From: Bryobacterales bacterium
Lineage (GTDB): Bacteria > Acidobacteriota > Terriglobia > Bryobacterales > UBA6623
Length of the DNA: 64,000 bases
NCBI GenBank assembly: GCA_963422375.2
Contig: OY729427.2
Span: 512,001-576,000, forward strand
Direction: 5' to 3'
Shown here: piece after piece, positions 1-10,659 of the stretch
Layout: each line of letters opens with the position of its first letter
How positions within the stretch are numbered: position 1 is the stretch's first letter
Translations under genes and position numbers: made by a program
Notes under the pieces: model-generated
The model's input: only the letters and a program-made list of their open reading frames with translations
What the model was told of the DNA's origin: nothing
Database searches by the model: none

Positions 1-1193
<1,193 letters not shown>

Positions 1194-1282
1194 GGCCACA
1201 TTGTACCCGCCGGACGGCGAGGAGAGGCCCGGCCGAACGAGAACAACCAGTCGCAGGGACGGGGCCCGAGCGGCCCAGCCCC

Positions 1283-2149
1283 TCATTTCGGGAAGAACGG
1301 GACCAGAGCGCGGATCGCGGCCTCGTCCGGCTGCATGCCGTACTCGGTGATTTCGAAGGCCTCCGCGCTGCCAATGCCGTCGGCGGCATCGCCGTAGCGG
1401 GCCCTAGCCGCTTCCCGCCACTCGTCGCGGATCGAGAAGTTCCGGGCGGACCTGAGCCATGCCAGCCGGCCCGCGGGATCCTTGGGCACCTGGTCCAGAA
1501 TCCCCGCGTGCCACGGCAGCCACTCGTAGAACTGCGAGACATGCGCGTCCAATGCCTGGTATTTCTTCTCGAGCACGTCGTCGATCGCGACCACGATGTC
1601 CGGACGGAACGCCTGGGGCCGCCGGAACCGGTCGGAGAAGTACAGGAACAGCGGGTTCTTGCGGATCGCCGGCGTGTCGCTGGCAATGTTCGGCACGGTG
1701 ACCATGTAGGACGCGTCCTGAACCAGGATCCCCGTGTAGCGGTGATCCGGATGGTAGTCGTTCGGGCGCGGGCCGACCACGATGTCGGCGTTCCAATCGC
1801 GGATCTGGCGGATGATCTGGAGGCGCACGTCCAAGCTGGGGACGAGCTCGCCGTCGTGGTTGTCGAGCACCTCGTACTCGATGCCTAGGCGCCGGCCGGA
1901 TTCCTGCGCCTCCGCGCGGCGGCGCGCAGCCAGCATGCCGCCTCCCTCGGCCTGATGGCCCGCGTCACCGTTCGTCACGGACACGAACTTGACCAAGTGC
2001 CCGGCGGCGGCGTACTTGGCGGCTATGCCTCCCGCCTTGATGTCGCAGTCGTCGGGGTGCGCGCCGAAGGCGATCACTCGTACGGGCTCGGCAGCGAGGG
2101 GCGCGGCGGAGGTCATGGAAGCGGCGACGAGAAAGCTGGCGATGCGCAT
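1283..2149 (-). CDS. PIG-L/LmbE family deacetylase, exported
   Basis: AHPDD and HPDH motifs, N-terminal signal peptide. Confidence 0.9.
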   Translation of the reverse strand: MRIASFLVAASMTSAAPLAAEPVRVIAFGAHPDDCDIKAGGIAAKYAAAGHLVKFVSVTNGDAGHQAEGGGMLAARRRAEAQESGRRLGIEYEVLDNHDGELVPSLDVRLQIIRQIRDWNADIVVGPRPNDYHPDHRYTGILVQDASYMVTVPNIASDTPAIRKNPLFLYFSDRFRRPQAFRPDIVVAIDDVLEKKYQALDAHVSQFYEWLPWHAGILDQVPKDPAGRLAWLRSARNFSIRDEWREAARARYGDAADGIGSAEAFEITEYGMQPDEAAIRALVPFFPK

Positions 2150-2164
2150 GGCGTGAGTGACGCC

Positions 2165-3511
2165 CTACTGGCCTCCGGCTCGAGCGGCGAACGGCCACTC
2201 CCCCTGCCTGCGCGCGATCACGAGGTAGACGACAGTACCAAGCAGCAGAGTGCCGACGCCGAACAGGACGAACGACAGCCCGAGCGACACGAAGACATAA
2301 CTATACCCCGCCAGCGACACGATGGCGGGAAGCGGGTAGGCCCACATGCTGAAGGGTCTCTCGGCCGAGCCGCCACGGGCCCGGATCAGGAAGAGCGCGA
2401 CGGTATGGCCGATGAACTGGACCAAGATCCGCGCCGCCATCAGGGCCTTGATGACGCTGTCGAGACTGAAGAAGCTCGCGGCGGCGGCACCGGCACCGAT
2501 GAGCAGCAGGGAGCGGTGCGGGAATTCCCCGGTCGGGTGCAGGGCGGCCAGCTGGCGGAAGAAGACGCCGTCGCGAGCGGCGGCGTACGGCACCCTCGAG
2601 TAGCCCAGCAGCAGCGCGAAGATCGAGCCGAAGGCTGTAACCACGATCATGCCCGCGAGCAGCTTCCCGGCCCAAGGCCCGTACACGCGCTCGATAAACA
2701 GGGCGCCGAGGAATTGCGACTCCATGGCCTCCCGCCACGGCACGACGCCGATGAAGCTCAACGAGATCGCGATGTCGATCACCGCCACGCCGAGAATCGA
2801 ATAGAGCACCGCCCGCGGGATCACGCGCCCGGGGTCCTTGACCTCGGCTCCCAAGTAGCAGACTTGGTAGTAGCCGAGGAACAGGTAGAGCACCTCGGCA
2901 GAACCCTCCCCGAGGCTGCGCAGGAATCCCAGGTCCAAGCGGACCGCGTCGGGTGGCAGGTCGAAGGCGAGCGCGGGATCGAAGTGCAGGACGCCCGTGA
3001 CGATCACCCAGCCGGTGGTCAGCAGCATGACCGACCACAGGCAGAACATCAGCTTGGCAATGTCGTCGATGCGCCGGTACAGGGCGTAGACGAGCACCAC
3101 GCAGATGCCCGCGGCCAAGAACCTGCCTTGGATGTCTCCTAGGTCGGGTAGGAACACGCGCAGGTACTGGACGAGGCCGATGTTGCCGCTGGCGATCTCG
3201 AGGGGGCCGGCGAACAGAATCTGCCACACGAACAGGAAGGCGAGCAGACGGCCCCAGGTGCGCGATCCGAACCCCTTGCGCAGGAAGACGTAGGTGCCGC
3301 CCGCCGCCGGGGTCGCGGCGCCCAATTCGGCGACGACCAATCCGTCGGCAAGCGCAATCACGGTGCCAACCACCCAGGCGAGGTAGGCCTGCGGGCCGCC
3401 CAAGGTCTTGAGAATCAGGGCGATCGCGATGAATGGCCCGATCCCGACCATGTTGGACATGTTGATGGTCGTGGCATTGAGGAGCCCGAGCCGCCGCTGC
3501 ATGTTCGACAT
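2165..3511 (-). CDS. APC family amino acid permease
   Basis: About 12 hydrophobic segments; NMVGIGPF, AELGAATPAAGGTY, AEVKDPGRVIPRA motifs. Confidence 0.9.
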   Translation of the reverse strand: MSNMQRRLGLLNATTINMSNMVGIGPFIAIALILKTLGGPQAYLAWVVGTVIALADGLVVAELGAATPAAGGTYVFLRKGFGSRTWGRLLAFLFVWQILFAGPLEIASGNIGLVQYLRVFLPDLGDIQGRFLAAGICVVLVYALYRRIDDIAKLMFCLWSVMLLTTGWVIVTGVLHFDPALAFDLPPDAVRLDLGFLRSLGEGSAEVLYLFLGYYQVCYLGAEVKDPGRVIPRAVLYSILGVAVIDIAISLSFIGVVPWREAMESQFLGALFIERVYGPWAGKLLAGMIVVTAFGSIFALLLGYSRVPYAAARDGVFFRQLAALHPTGEFPHRSLLLIGAGAAAASFFSLDSVIKALMAARILVQFIGHTVALFLIRARGGSAERPFSMWAYPLPAIVSLAGYSYVFVSLGLSFVLFGVGTLLLGTVVYLVIARRQGEWPFAARAGGQ

Positions 3512-3731
3512 TTGGCCGTCAGCAGGGTAGCACCGAACCTGTCGGCAGCCGGCCCGCCCCGTTCCGGCACCGCCGGCGCGGTGCCGGCGAGGCCAGTCTC
3601 CCCCGTGCCGGGGCTGTTGCTACGCTGAAGGGAGAGCGGTTGGCCGCGGCCTTCTCGCCGCTCGAGCGCGTGAGCAAGCTCGAGCCGCGGGGGCGCGAGC
3701 GATCTGCGCCGGATTCGTTCGCGGCTCGAGT

Positions 3732-3807
3732 GGGGCGATAGCTCAGCTGGCAGAGCAACGGCCTTTTAAGCCGTGGGTCCTGGGTTCGAGTCCCAGTCGC
3801 CTCACCA
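3732..3807 (+). tRNA. tRNA-Lys(TTT)
   Basis: Acceptor GGGGCGA/TCGCCTC, D-arm GCTCAGCTGGCAGAGC, anticodon arm ACGGC-CTTTTAA-GCCGT, T-loop GGTTCGAGTCC, encoded CCA; 76 nt. Confidence 0.97.
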
Positions 3808-3935
3808 CTCCGGCCCGCGGGAGCGTTGAGGCCTGGCTCCCGGAGCCGCCGGCCCGAACTCGAGGCAGCAGCCCCCGCACGATGCATGCGCAGTCGCCGT
3901 GCATTCGCGGCCCCTCCCGCCGGGACCGGTCGAGA

Positions 3936-5420
3936 TCACTGGCCGGGACGATGCCACGTCGTGCCCGGAGGGAACGGGTACTCGATCTCGGCACGCACGG
4001 CTCGCCCGGGGCGGGCATCGGCTACCCGCTCCCCGTCGTCCAGCACGAGCACGCCGTTCACCAGCACGTGGCAGATGCCCTCCGGCCTCCGCGCGGGGTC
4101 GGAATACGTGCCCCGGTCGATCACGGTCCCCGGGTCGAACACGACAATGTCGGCGTCGGCCCCAGGCCGGATGCGCCCCTTGTTGCGCATCGCGGGTACG
4201 CGCCGCTCCAAGCGCCGCGCGGGCATGAGGGTCATCTTGCGGATCGCTTCGGGCAGCGTCAGCGCTCCCGTCTCCCGCACGAAGCGGCCGAGAACTCTCG
4301 AAAACGTCCCGAATGATCGCGGATGCGCGCGGCCGCCGCTGAGCCACATCCCATCGCTGGCGATCATTACCAAGGGGCTGGCGATCGCGTGCCGGACGCT
4401 CCGCTCGCTGTACAGGGGCGGCAGGACGATGGTCCCGCCCATGCGCCGACGCGCCGCGAACACCTCCCGGGAAAGCGTCTCGCCCGTCCGGACCCAGATG
4501 AATTGCGCGAGCTCCTCGTCGGTGTACCTCTCCCACTCGTTGAAGAGGTGGGACTGGATCAGCGTCGACCCGCGATTGTAAGGATACGCCTCCGTTGTGA
4601 TGTCGACCCCGGACGCCCGGGCCTTCTCGATCAAGGCGAGATAGTCGAGCAGGCGGTCCCGCGCGCTGCTGTTGAGATGCACGACGTGCGCCTGGGCACC
4701 CGTCTCGCGAGCCGCGTCGAGCACCTCCTCCAGATTCGCGAGTGTCTCGTGGTCGGTTCGCATATGCACGTGACAGCTCGCACCCCAGCGGGCCGCGATC
4801 CGAAACATCTCGACAACCTCCTCGCGGGTCGCCCCCGGCGTGTAGGCGAGACCGAAGCCGACGGCCACGGCCCCCTGCTCCAGGCCCCGCCGTATCCGCC
4901 TGCGCAGCAGGGCCATTTGACCCTCGGTCAGCTTGGCGGCGAGCGACTCGCCCGCCAGCCCGGGATTATGGCCCAGCATCGCCATCTGGCGGGAGTACGG
5001 GTGCGAAATGCTGGCGCCGTAGTTCACCAGCGCCTTGCCCTGACGGTCGCGGTACCAAGCGTCGATGTCCTCCACGCCGATCTCCAGCTCCAGCGCCGTG
5101 GTAATGCCATCCCGGACTTGGGCGTCGTAGTTGGCCAAGCTCTGCCCGTGCTGGTGCAGGTCGATGAATCCGGGCGCCACCACCAAGCCCGTGGCGTCGA
5201 CGACCCGCGCGGACTCGAGCGGCTCCTCGCTGACCGCGGCCACGCGACCGGCGATCACTCCGACGTTGCGCACCGCGTCCAGCCCCGATTCCGGGTCGAT
5301 CACTCGCCCGCCGAGGATGACGGTGTCGTAGCCGCCCTGCGCCGCCAGCGACCCAGCGCATGCGAAAGCCAATGCTGCGACTTGCCTCACGAGAGCGATT
5401 ATGGCACCCGGCACCCGCAC
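3936..5420 (-). CDS. amidohydrolase, N-acyl-D-amino-acid deacylase-like
   Basis: APGFIDLHQH, IASDG, HPRSFGTF and KGRIRPGADADIVVFDP motifs; signal peptide. Confidence 0.88.
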   Translation of the reverse strand: MRVPGAIIALVRQVAALAFACAGSLAAQGGYDTVILGGRVIDPESGLDAVRNVGVIAGRVAAVSEEPLESARVVDATGLVVAPGFIDLHQHGQSLANYDAQVRDGITTALELEIGVEDIDAWYRDRQGKALVNYGASISHPYSRQMAMLGHNPGLAGESLAAKLTEGQMALLRRRIRRGLEQGAVAVGFGLAYTPGATREEVVEMFRIAARWGASCHVHMRTDHETLANLEEVLDAARETGAQAHVVHLNSSARDRLLDYLALIEKARASGVDITTEAYPYNRGSTLIQSHLFNEWERYTDEELAQFIWVRTGETLSREVFAARRRMGGTIVLPPLYSERSVRHAIASPLVMIASDGMWLSGGRAHPRSFGTFSRVLGRFVRETGALTLPEAIRKMTLMPARRLERRVPAMRNKGRIRPGADADIVVFDPGTVIDRGTYSDPARRPEGICHVLVNGVLVLDDGERVADARPGRAVRAEIEYPFPPGTTWHRPGQ

Positions 5421-5730
5421 GATCTGCCCGCGCGAGCGAAAGTTTGCGTCCCGGGAACAACGGACCTCCGGGCACCCTCGGATGCCGGCGGGAGACGGCG
5501 AGAGCTTCGTCCGCCGCGGATTCCGGGCGGCTCGATCACGGAGCCGAGGTCGACGCTAGGGCAGTTCCCGTGCTCGCCAAGGCGCCCAGTGAGTTACCCT
5601 AGCTTGCGAACAGTAGTGGCGGGTGCCTTCAGCGCACCAGTCGCGGTTCGCGGAAAGACATTCCGGGCGATGCAACCGGACGGGACTCCCGGCCGTCTAA
5701 CGCCCCGCCAAGGTGTCTCGGCAGGAGGTA

Positions 5731-8127
5731 ATGACCATGCGCACATTGCTGGGGATAGCCGCCCTGATTGGCGGAGCGATTCTGTTCGCGCCGTCGGCCA
5801 CCGCCGAGGTCGACGCAGGCCCTGCCTTGGGGGTGGCGCGGATGAGTGTGGCGAACGGCGACATCTCGGTCATGCGGAGCGATTCCGGCGACTGGATCGC
5901 GGCCACGGTCAACATGCCCGTCGTCGAGGGCGACATGGTGCGTGCGACCGGCGGGTCGCATGCCGAGCTGCAGCTGGACGACGGCAACTTCGTGAGGATC
6001 ACGACGGACACCGAGGTCCATCTGGCCGATCTGGCGAGCAATCGGTTTCGCGTCGGCGTGCTGCAAGGGACAGCCCTGTACAGCGAACTGCCGCGTAGCG
6101 AGGCCGACGTGGACATCGAAACACCGTACGCGGTGGTGCGCCCAATGAAGGACGGACGGTACCGGGTCTCGGTGGCCCCGGGCAAGACGGTCATCGGCGT
6201 GGCGCGCGGACGGGCGGAGGTGGCGTTCCAATCCGCCTCGCACGTGCTCGAGAGTGGCAGGAAGATGATCGTGACGAGGGGCCCGGCGGGACTTGTCTTC
6301 GAGACCAAGCGCTACGGGCCGAAGGACGAACTTGACCAGTGGGCCACCAACCGGGACGAGGAACTCCGGCGAGCGCGGTCCTACAAGCACGTCAGCGGGA
6401 CGATCTCGGGGGCCGCCGAGCTGGATCATTACGGCGAGTGGCGCACCGTGGCCGGGACAGGCTTCACCTGGTTCCCCTACGTGACGGCTTCCTGGTCGCC
6501 CTACCGCCACGGGCGCTGGCTGTGGGTGAGCCATTTCGGCTGGACTTGGGTCGGGTCGGAGCCGTGGGGATGGGCACCCTACCACTGGGGGCGGTGGTAC
6601 CGGCACAGCGTCTACGGATGGGGCTGGATGCCGGGATCCCCCGCCACCCGCCATGTCTGGCGGCCTGCGCTGGTTGCGTTTTTCGGCCTAGGCCGATCCC
6701 ACGGTTCGCCTCCCGCCCCAGGCAGCTTCTCGGGCGTCGCTTGGTGTCCGCTGGCTCCGGGAGAGAGGTACGTGCCGTGGTACGGGCGCCATCACCCCGG
6801 GCAGAGGCCGGAGCGGATCATCGCGGACCGCAGCGTGCGCATCTACAACTCCTACAGCAACGCACGGCAGTCTGCCGGCGGAATCTCGTACGTCGCATCC
6901 AACACACTCGAGCGCGGTGCGCACCACACGCCGCGCGCGCTGCGCACGGCCGGCGCCGGCACGCCGGTGGCTATCCGCGGGCCACTGCCGATCGTGCCGA
7001 ACCGGGCGAGCCAAGGCCGGCTCGTGCAGGTCCCTGCCGGCGCCCGCAGCCGGGCGAAGCTGACCACGCTGCGCCGGGGAGCGGCCTCCGCATTGAGAGA
7101 CGGCACCTCGCGGGCGCCCTTTGACGCCCAGCGAGATCGGATTCAGGCTTCGGTTAGCGAATTCCGCAATTCGTACAGGCCCGGCGCCGCGAACCTCGAC
7201 TCGAACAGCACGGTTCGCGCACGTACCGGGCCGGCCGCGGGCAGCCCGGCGGGAACCACCCGGCCCGCGGCGGGCGCGACGGCGGCGCGGGGGGTCTCGC
7301 GGCAGGCGCGCGTAGCGGCATTCGCCGGCGCTACCGCCGGGGCCCCAAGAACTCCGGGGGCCCGGGTGGCATCGACGACCTCCCCGTACGCCGCGAGGAC
7401 ATCCTCGCGGGTCGGCGCGACCGGGGCGAGGACGGCGACAGGCGCGGCGCCCGCGCGACGGCCTCAAGCTGGCACGCGAACGTCGCTCGGGTCAAGCACG
7501 GGCGTCAGATCCTCGGGCGCGATGGTCGGGACGCGAGGCAGCGCAGCCAGATACAGGACCGGCGCGCGCGCCGGGTACGGGAGCACACGCACGAGGTCGG
7601 TGACGAGAAGCAGCCGCACGGCAGCCGGCGCGCGCGGCGGTGTCGCCCGCACCTCCGCGGCCGTCTACGGCCCGAGGCGGAGTGCGCCAGCCAGCACGCC
7701 GTCCAGGAGCGGTTCCTACGGAGGCTACGCGGGCGGCCGGACTTCCTACCCCAGCTCATCGTACGGCAGGTCATCCGCGTACGGCGGATCGTCTTACGGA
7801 AGCTCCTCGAGCGCGAGGTCCGCTTCAAGCGCCAGATCCTCCGCCCGCAGCACCGGATCGTCTTCCAGCGCTCGGGCGTACGGCAGCCGCAGCAACGGAG
7901 GGTCTTCGGCTAGATCCGCCGCAAGCAGCCGCGGCGGATCTTCCGCGTCCGGTAGGAGCAGCTACGGCTCACGCTCCGCGGCAGGCTCACGGGGGTCCTA
8001 CGGCGGCAGCCCCTCGCCCGCCAGCCCGGGCGGGTCCTACGGCGGCAGCTCCGCAGGCAGCGGCGCCGGCGGAACGTACGGCGGCAGCAGCTCGTCGTCC
8101 GCGGGCCCGTACGGCCCGGGTCGGTAG
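5731..8127 (+). CDS. exported FecR + DUF6600-like protein with long Ser/Gly/Arg/Ala/Tyr low-complexity tail
   Basis: GGAGG before ATG 5731; signal peptide; FecR-like N-domain; WSPYRHGRW...WTWVGSEPWGWAPYHWGRW motif; C-terminal GGSYGG/SSYG repeats. Confidence 0.8.
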   Translation: MTMRTLLGIAALIGGAILFAPSATAEVDAGPALGVARMSVANGDISVMRSDSGDWIAATVNMPVVEGDMVRATGGSHAELQLDDGNFVRITTDTEVHLADLASNRFRVGVLQGTALYSELPRSEADVDIETPYAVVRPMKDGRYRVSVAPGKTVIGVARGRAEVAFQSASHVLESGRKMIVTRGPAGLVFETKRYGPKDELDQWATNRDEELRRARSYKHVSGTISGAAELDHYGEWRTVAGTGFTWFPYVTASWSPYRHGRWLWVSHFGWTWVGSEPWGWAPYHWGRWYRHSVYGWGWMPGSPATRHVWRPALVAFFGLGRSHGSPPAPGSFSGVAWCPLAPGERYVPWYGRHHPGQRPERIIADRSVRIYNSYSNARQSAGGISYVASNTLERGAHHTPRALRTAGAGTPVAIRGPLPIVPNRASQGRLVQVPAGARSRAKLTTLRRGAASALRDGTSRAPFDAQRDRIQASVSEFRNSYRPGAANLDSNSTVRARTGPAAGSPAGTTRPAAGATAARGVSRQARVAAFAGATAGAPRTPGARVASTTSPYAARTSSRVGATGARTATGAAPARRPQAGTRTSLGSSTGVRSSGAMVGTRGSAARYRTGARAGYGSTRTRSVTRSSRTAAGARGGVARTSAAVYGPRRSAPASTPSRSGSYGGYAGGRTSYPSSSYGRSSAYGGSSYGSSSSARSASSARSSARSTGSSSSARAYGSRSNGGSSARSAASSRGGSSASGRSSYGSRSAAGSRGSYGGSPSPASPGGSYGGSSAGSGAGGTYGGSSSSSAGPYGPGR

Positions 8128-8230
8128 CGCGGAATCCGACCAGGACCAGATCAAGCGTCTCTGCAGGTACGGCCGCGAGAGCAGCAACCCAGTCTCTCTC
8201 GATTTCTCCGGGGGACGGACAGGCGGCGCC

Positions 8231-9178
8231 ATGCCCACTCCGAAGACGGTTCTCATCGACACGGATCCCGGCTTGGACGACGCCCTGGCACTGGCGCTGG
8301 CCTTCGGTTCGGGGGAATTGAGCGTCCGAGCGGTCACTGTCGTCGCCGGCAACGTCCCGCTTGCGGCCTGCACCGCGAACGCCCTGCGCATCCTCCGGGT
8401 GCTGCGCCCCGATTCGCCCCCTCCCGTCTTCGAAGGCTGCCGCGACCCGCTGAGCCCACGGGTTGCGCGCGCCGAACACGTGCATGGCGGAGACGGCCTA
8501 GGCGGGCTTTCGCGGGAGTATTCCGTCGGCGACCTGCGCCCCGGCAACCTCCACGCAGCCGATGCGATGGCGGCCATGGCGCGACGGCACGGCGACGCCC
8601 TCACGGTGATAGCGCTGGGCCCGCTCACCAACGTGGCGGCGGCGGTCGAGCGCGACGCGGCAGCCATGCGCGGCATTCGTGAACTGATCGTGATGGGAGG
8701 CTCGCGAGACCGCCGGGGCAACGCAACTTCCGCGGCGGAGTTCAACTTCTACTCCGATCCCCTTGCAGCCAGCCGAGTGCTCCGATCCGGCCTCCCGGTG
8801 ACTCTCGTCGGTCTGAACGTCACGCGGCGCGCGCTGCTCCCCAGGGCGCAGTTCGAGGCGCGCTGCGACGCGATGAACCCCGGGCCCCTGCGCTCCTTCC
8901 TGTCCGACGTGGCGGCGCCGTTCTTCGGCATTCACCGCAGCCGGTCGGGGCGCGACGCGTGTTCCCTGCACGATCCCCTGGCAGTCGCGGCGGCCATCGA
9001 CCCGGACATCGTCGGGACGGAGGATCTCGACTGCGACGTCGTCACTGAGCAGGGCCTGACCCGCGGTATGATGATCTGCCGGCCCCCGGTCGCGAGCAGG
9101 TCGCCGGTTCGCGTGGCAGTCAGCGTGGATGCCCAGCGCTTCCTGGAGACGTTTCTCGGCATGGCTTGCGACGCATGA
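8231..9178 (+). CDS. inosine/uridine-preferring nucleoside hydrolase
   Basis: IDTDPGLDDALAL, HVHGGDGLG, LGPLTNVA, AEFNFYSDP and LHDPLAV motifs; true start is ATG 8231 inside the longer ORF. Confidence 0.93.
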   Translation: MPTPKTVLIDTDPGLDDALALALAFGSGELSVRAVTVVAGNVPLAACTANALRILRVLRPDSPPPVFEGCRDPLSPRVARAEHVHGGDGLGGLSREYSVGDLRPGNLHAADAMAAMARRHGDALTVIALGPLTNVAAAVERDAAAMRGIRELIVMGGSRDRRGNATSAAEFNFYSDPLAASRVLRSGLPVTLVGLNVTRRALLPRAQFEARCDAMNPGPLRSFLSDVAAPFFGIHRSRSGRDACSLHDPLAVAAAIDPDIVGTEDLDCDVVTEQGLTRGMMICRPPVASRSPVRVAVSVDAQRFLETFLGMACDA

Positions 9179-9234
9179 ATCCTTGGGCCGACCAGCCCCT
9201 GGGCTCTCTCGAGCAAGCGAGCCGCCAGCGGTGG

Positions 9235-10155
9235 CTAGCCTTCCAGGCAGCCCACCAACTCCCGCTGGGGCCGAGTGTCGTTGAACAATTCCTGCGCCAA
9301 GGCACCGAAGTCCGTCACGCGGTCCACGCGCTGGGAGCCGATCGAGTCCAGCAGGTCGGCCCCGTCGGGGTGGCTGTCCAAGCCGCCCGAGCGTATCAGG
9401 GCCTCGGTGGAATCGAGGTCGCTGATCGCTCCCAGCGACTCTTGGACGGCCTTGAGCGTCCGAATTGACCGCCGAAGCCCTCCGGCGTAGAGATCGCGAA
9501 ACAATTCCAAGTAGTAGCGAAGGCGCTTGCCATCCAAGCGCAGTGCGTGCAGCCGCTCGGGCGCGGGCTCGCCCGAGGAGACCGCCCGCCCGAGTTCGAA
9601 GTACTCGGCAGCCAGCCCGGGAAGGACGCGTCTGGCGTTGGCCAGCGACGACGCTGTCAGATCCCATCTGGGGTGCCGCACGACGGCACCATTGCGACGC
9701 GACGGTCTCGCGACCGCGGGCGGCCCAGCACCCATCCTGCCCAGCCGCCCAACCCAGCGCTCTTCGAAGCCATGATACCGACCTTGATCGAGACGCTCGC
9801 TGAGGTCGCGGGCAGCGGCGTCTCGCTCCTGTCGAACGGCCAAGAGAACCGCGGAATCGCAAGGTAGGCACGCGTACGCGGCGAACTCCAGCGCGATGTC
9901 CCGGTCCCTGACGGACTGTCCGGCGGACAGCACAATCTTCATCCGCTTCCGCAAGCGCCGCAGCTCGGGCCCATCCAGCATCTGCCGGAAGCAGTCGAGG
10001 GCGTACAGCAATCGACGCGCGGCGACCCGGAGGTGGTGCACGGCGTCGGGCCCTTGGTCTTGCCGAGCCCGCTCCAGGGCCCGGTCAACTGCGGCGATCC
10101 GCCCTGCCGTCATTCGCATGGCGTGCGCGTTCAAGCTGGCCTCGGGATCAGTCAT
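9235..10155 (-). CDS. CHAD domain protein (polyphosphate-binding family)
   Basis: VHHLRVAARRL, VRDRDI, LHALRLDGKRLRYYLE and QESLGAISD motifs. Confidence 0.85.
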   Translation of the reverse strand: MTDPEASLNAHAMRMTAGRIAAVDRALERARQDQGPDAVHHLRVAARRLLYALDCFRQMLDGPELRRLRKRMKIVLSAGQSVRDRDIALEFAAYACLPCDSAVLLAVRQERDAAARDLSERLDQGRYHGFEERWVGRLGRMGAGPPAVARPSRRNGAVVRHPRWDLTASSLANARRVLPGLAAEYFELGRAVSSGEPAPERLHALRLDGKRLRYYLELFRDLYAGGLRRSIRTLKAVQESLGAISDLDSTEALIRSGGLDSHPDGADLLDSIGSQRVDRVTDFGALAQELFNDTRPQRELVGCLEG

Positions 10156-10244
10156 GGTCTCTCTGCCGCCGGAAAGGACAGGCCGACGCACGGGAGGCCG
10201 GGCGTGGGCCTGAGCCAGGCTCCCGCTCAACGGCCGTCCGCAGG

Positions 10245-10484
10245 CTATGTCGAGACACCGACGATGCCTGCTAGTTCCGGGATGGTCGGATTCCCGTAAT
10301 AGATCCCGTCGATTTCGAAAGTGGGAACGCGGCGCTTGCCGGCGTTCTTCTCGACAACCAACCGCTCGGCGGCCTCATCCTGCTCGATATCGATCTCACT
10401 GAAGCCGATACCGTTCTCCCGAAGGAAGCGCTTCGCTCGCCAGCAGTCGGAGCACCAATGGGTAGTGTAGACCTGAATGCTCAT
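10245..10484 (-). CDS. glutaredoxin-like (NrdH/mycoredoxin-type) protein
   Basis: VYTTHWCSDC (CxxC) and RRVPTF; about 79 aa. Confidence 0.88.
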   Translation of the reverse strand: MSIQVYTTHWCSDCWRAKRFLRENGIGFSEIDIEQDEAAERLVVEKNAGKRRVPTFEIDGIYYGNPTIPELAGIVGVST

Positions 10485-10659
10485 AGCAACTTGCATCGTA
10501 TCACACGCCAAGCCTCGACTCGCGTCGTGCAGTGCCCGCAGGTGTCCGCGCTGAATTGCTGTCCAATCACTGGCGTCGCGAACCACCAACCGTGTCTAGG
10601 CCGTCCACACAGAACTTGCACGGGAATCGATCCCCTGGCTTTCGCTTGACGCTTTCATT

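Noticed and set aside
3732..3940. Integrative element at tRNA-Lys
   Set aside because: No integrase and no duplicated tRNA 3' end were found in the window.
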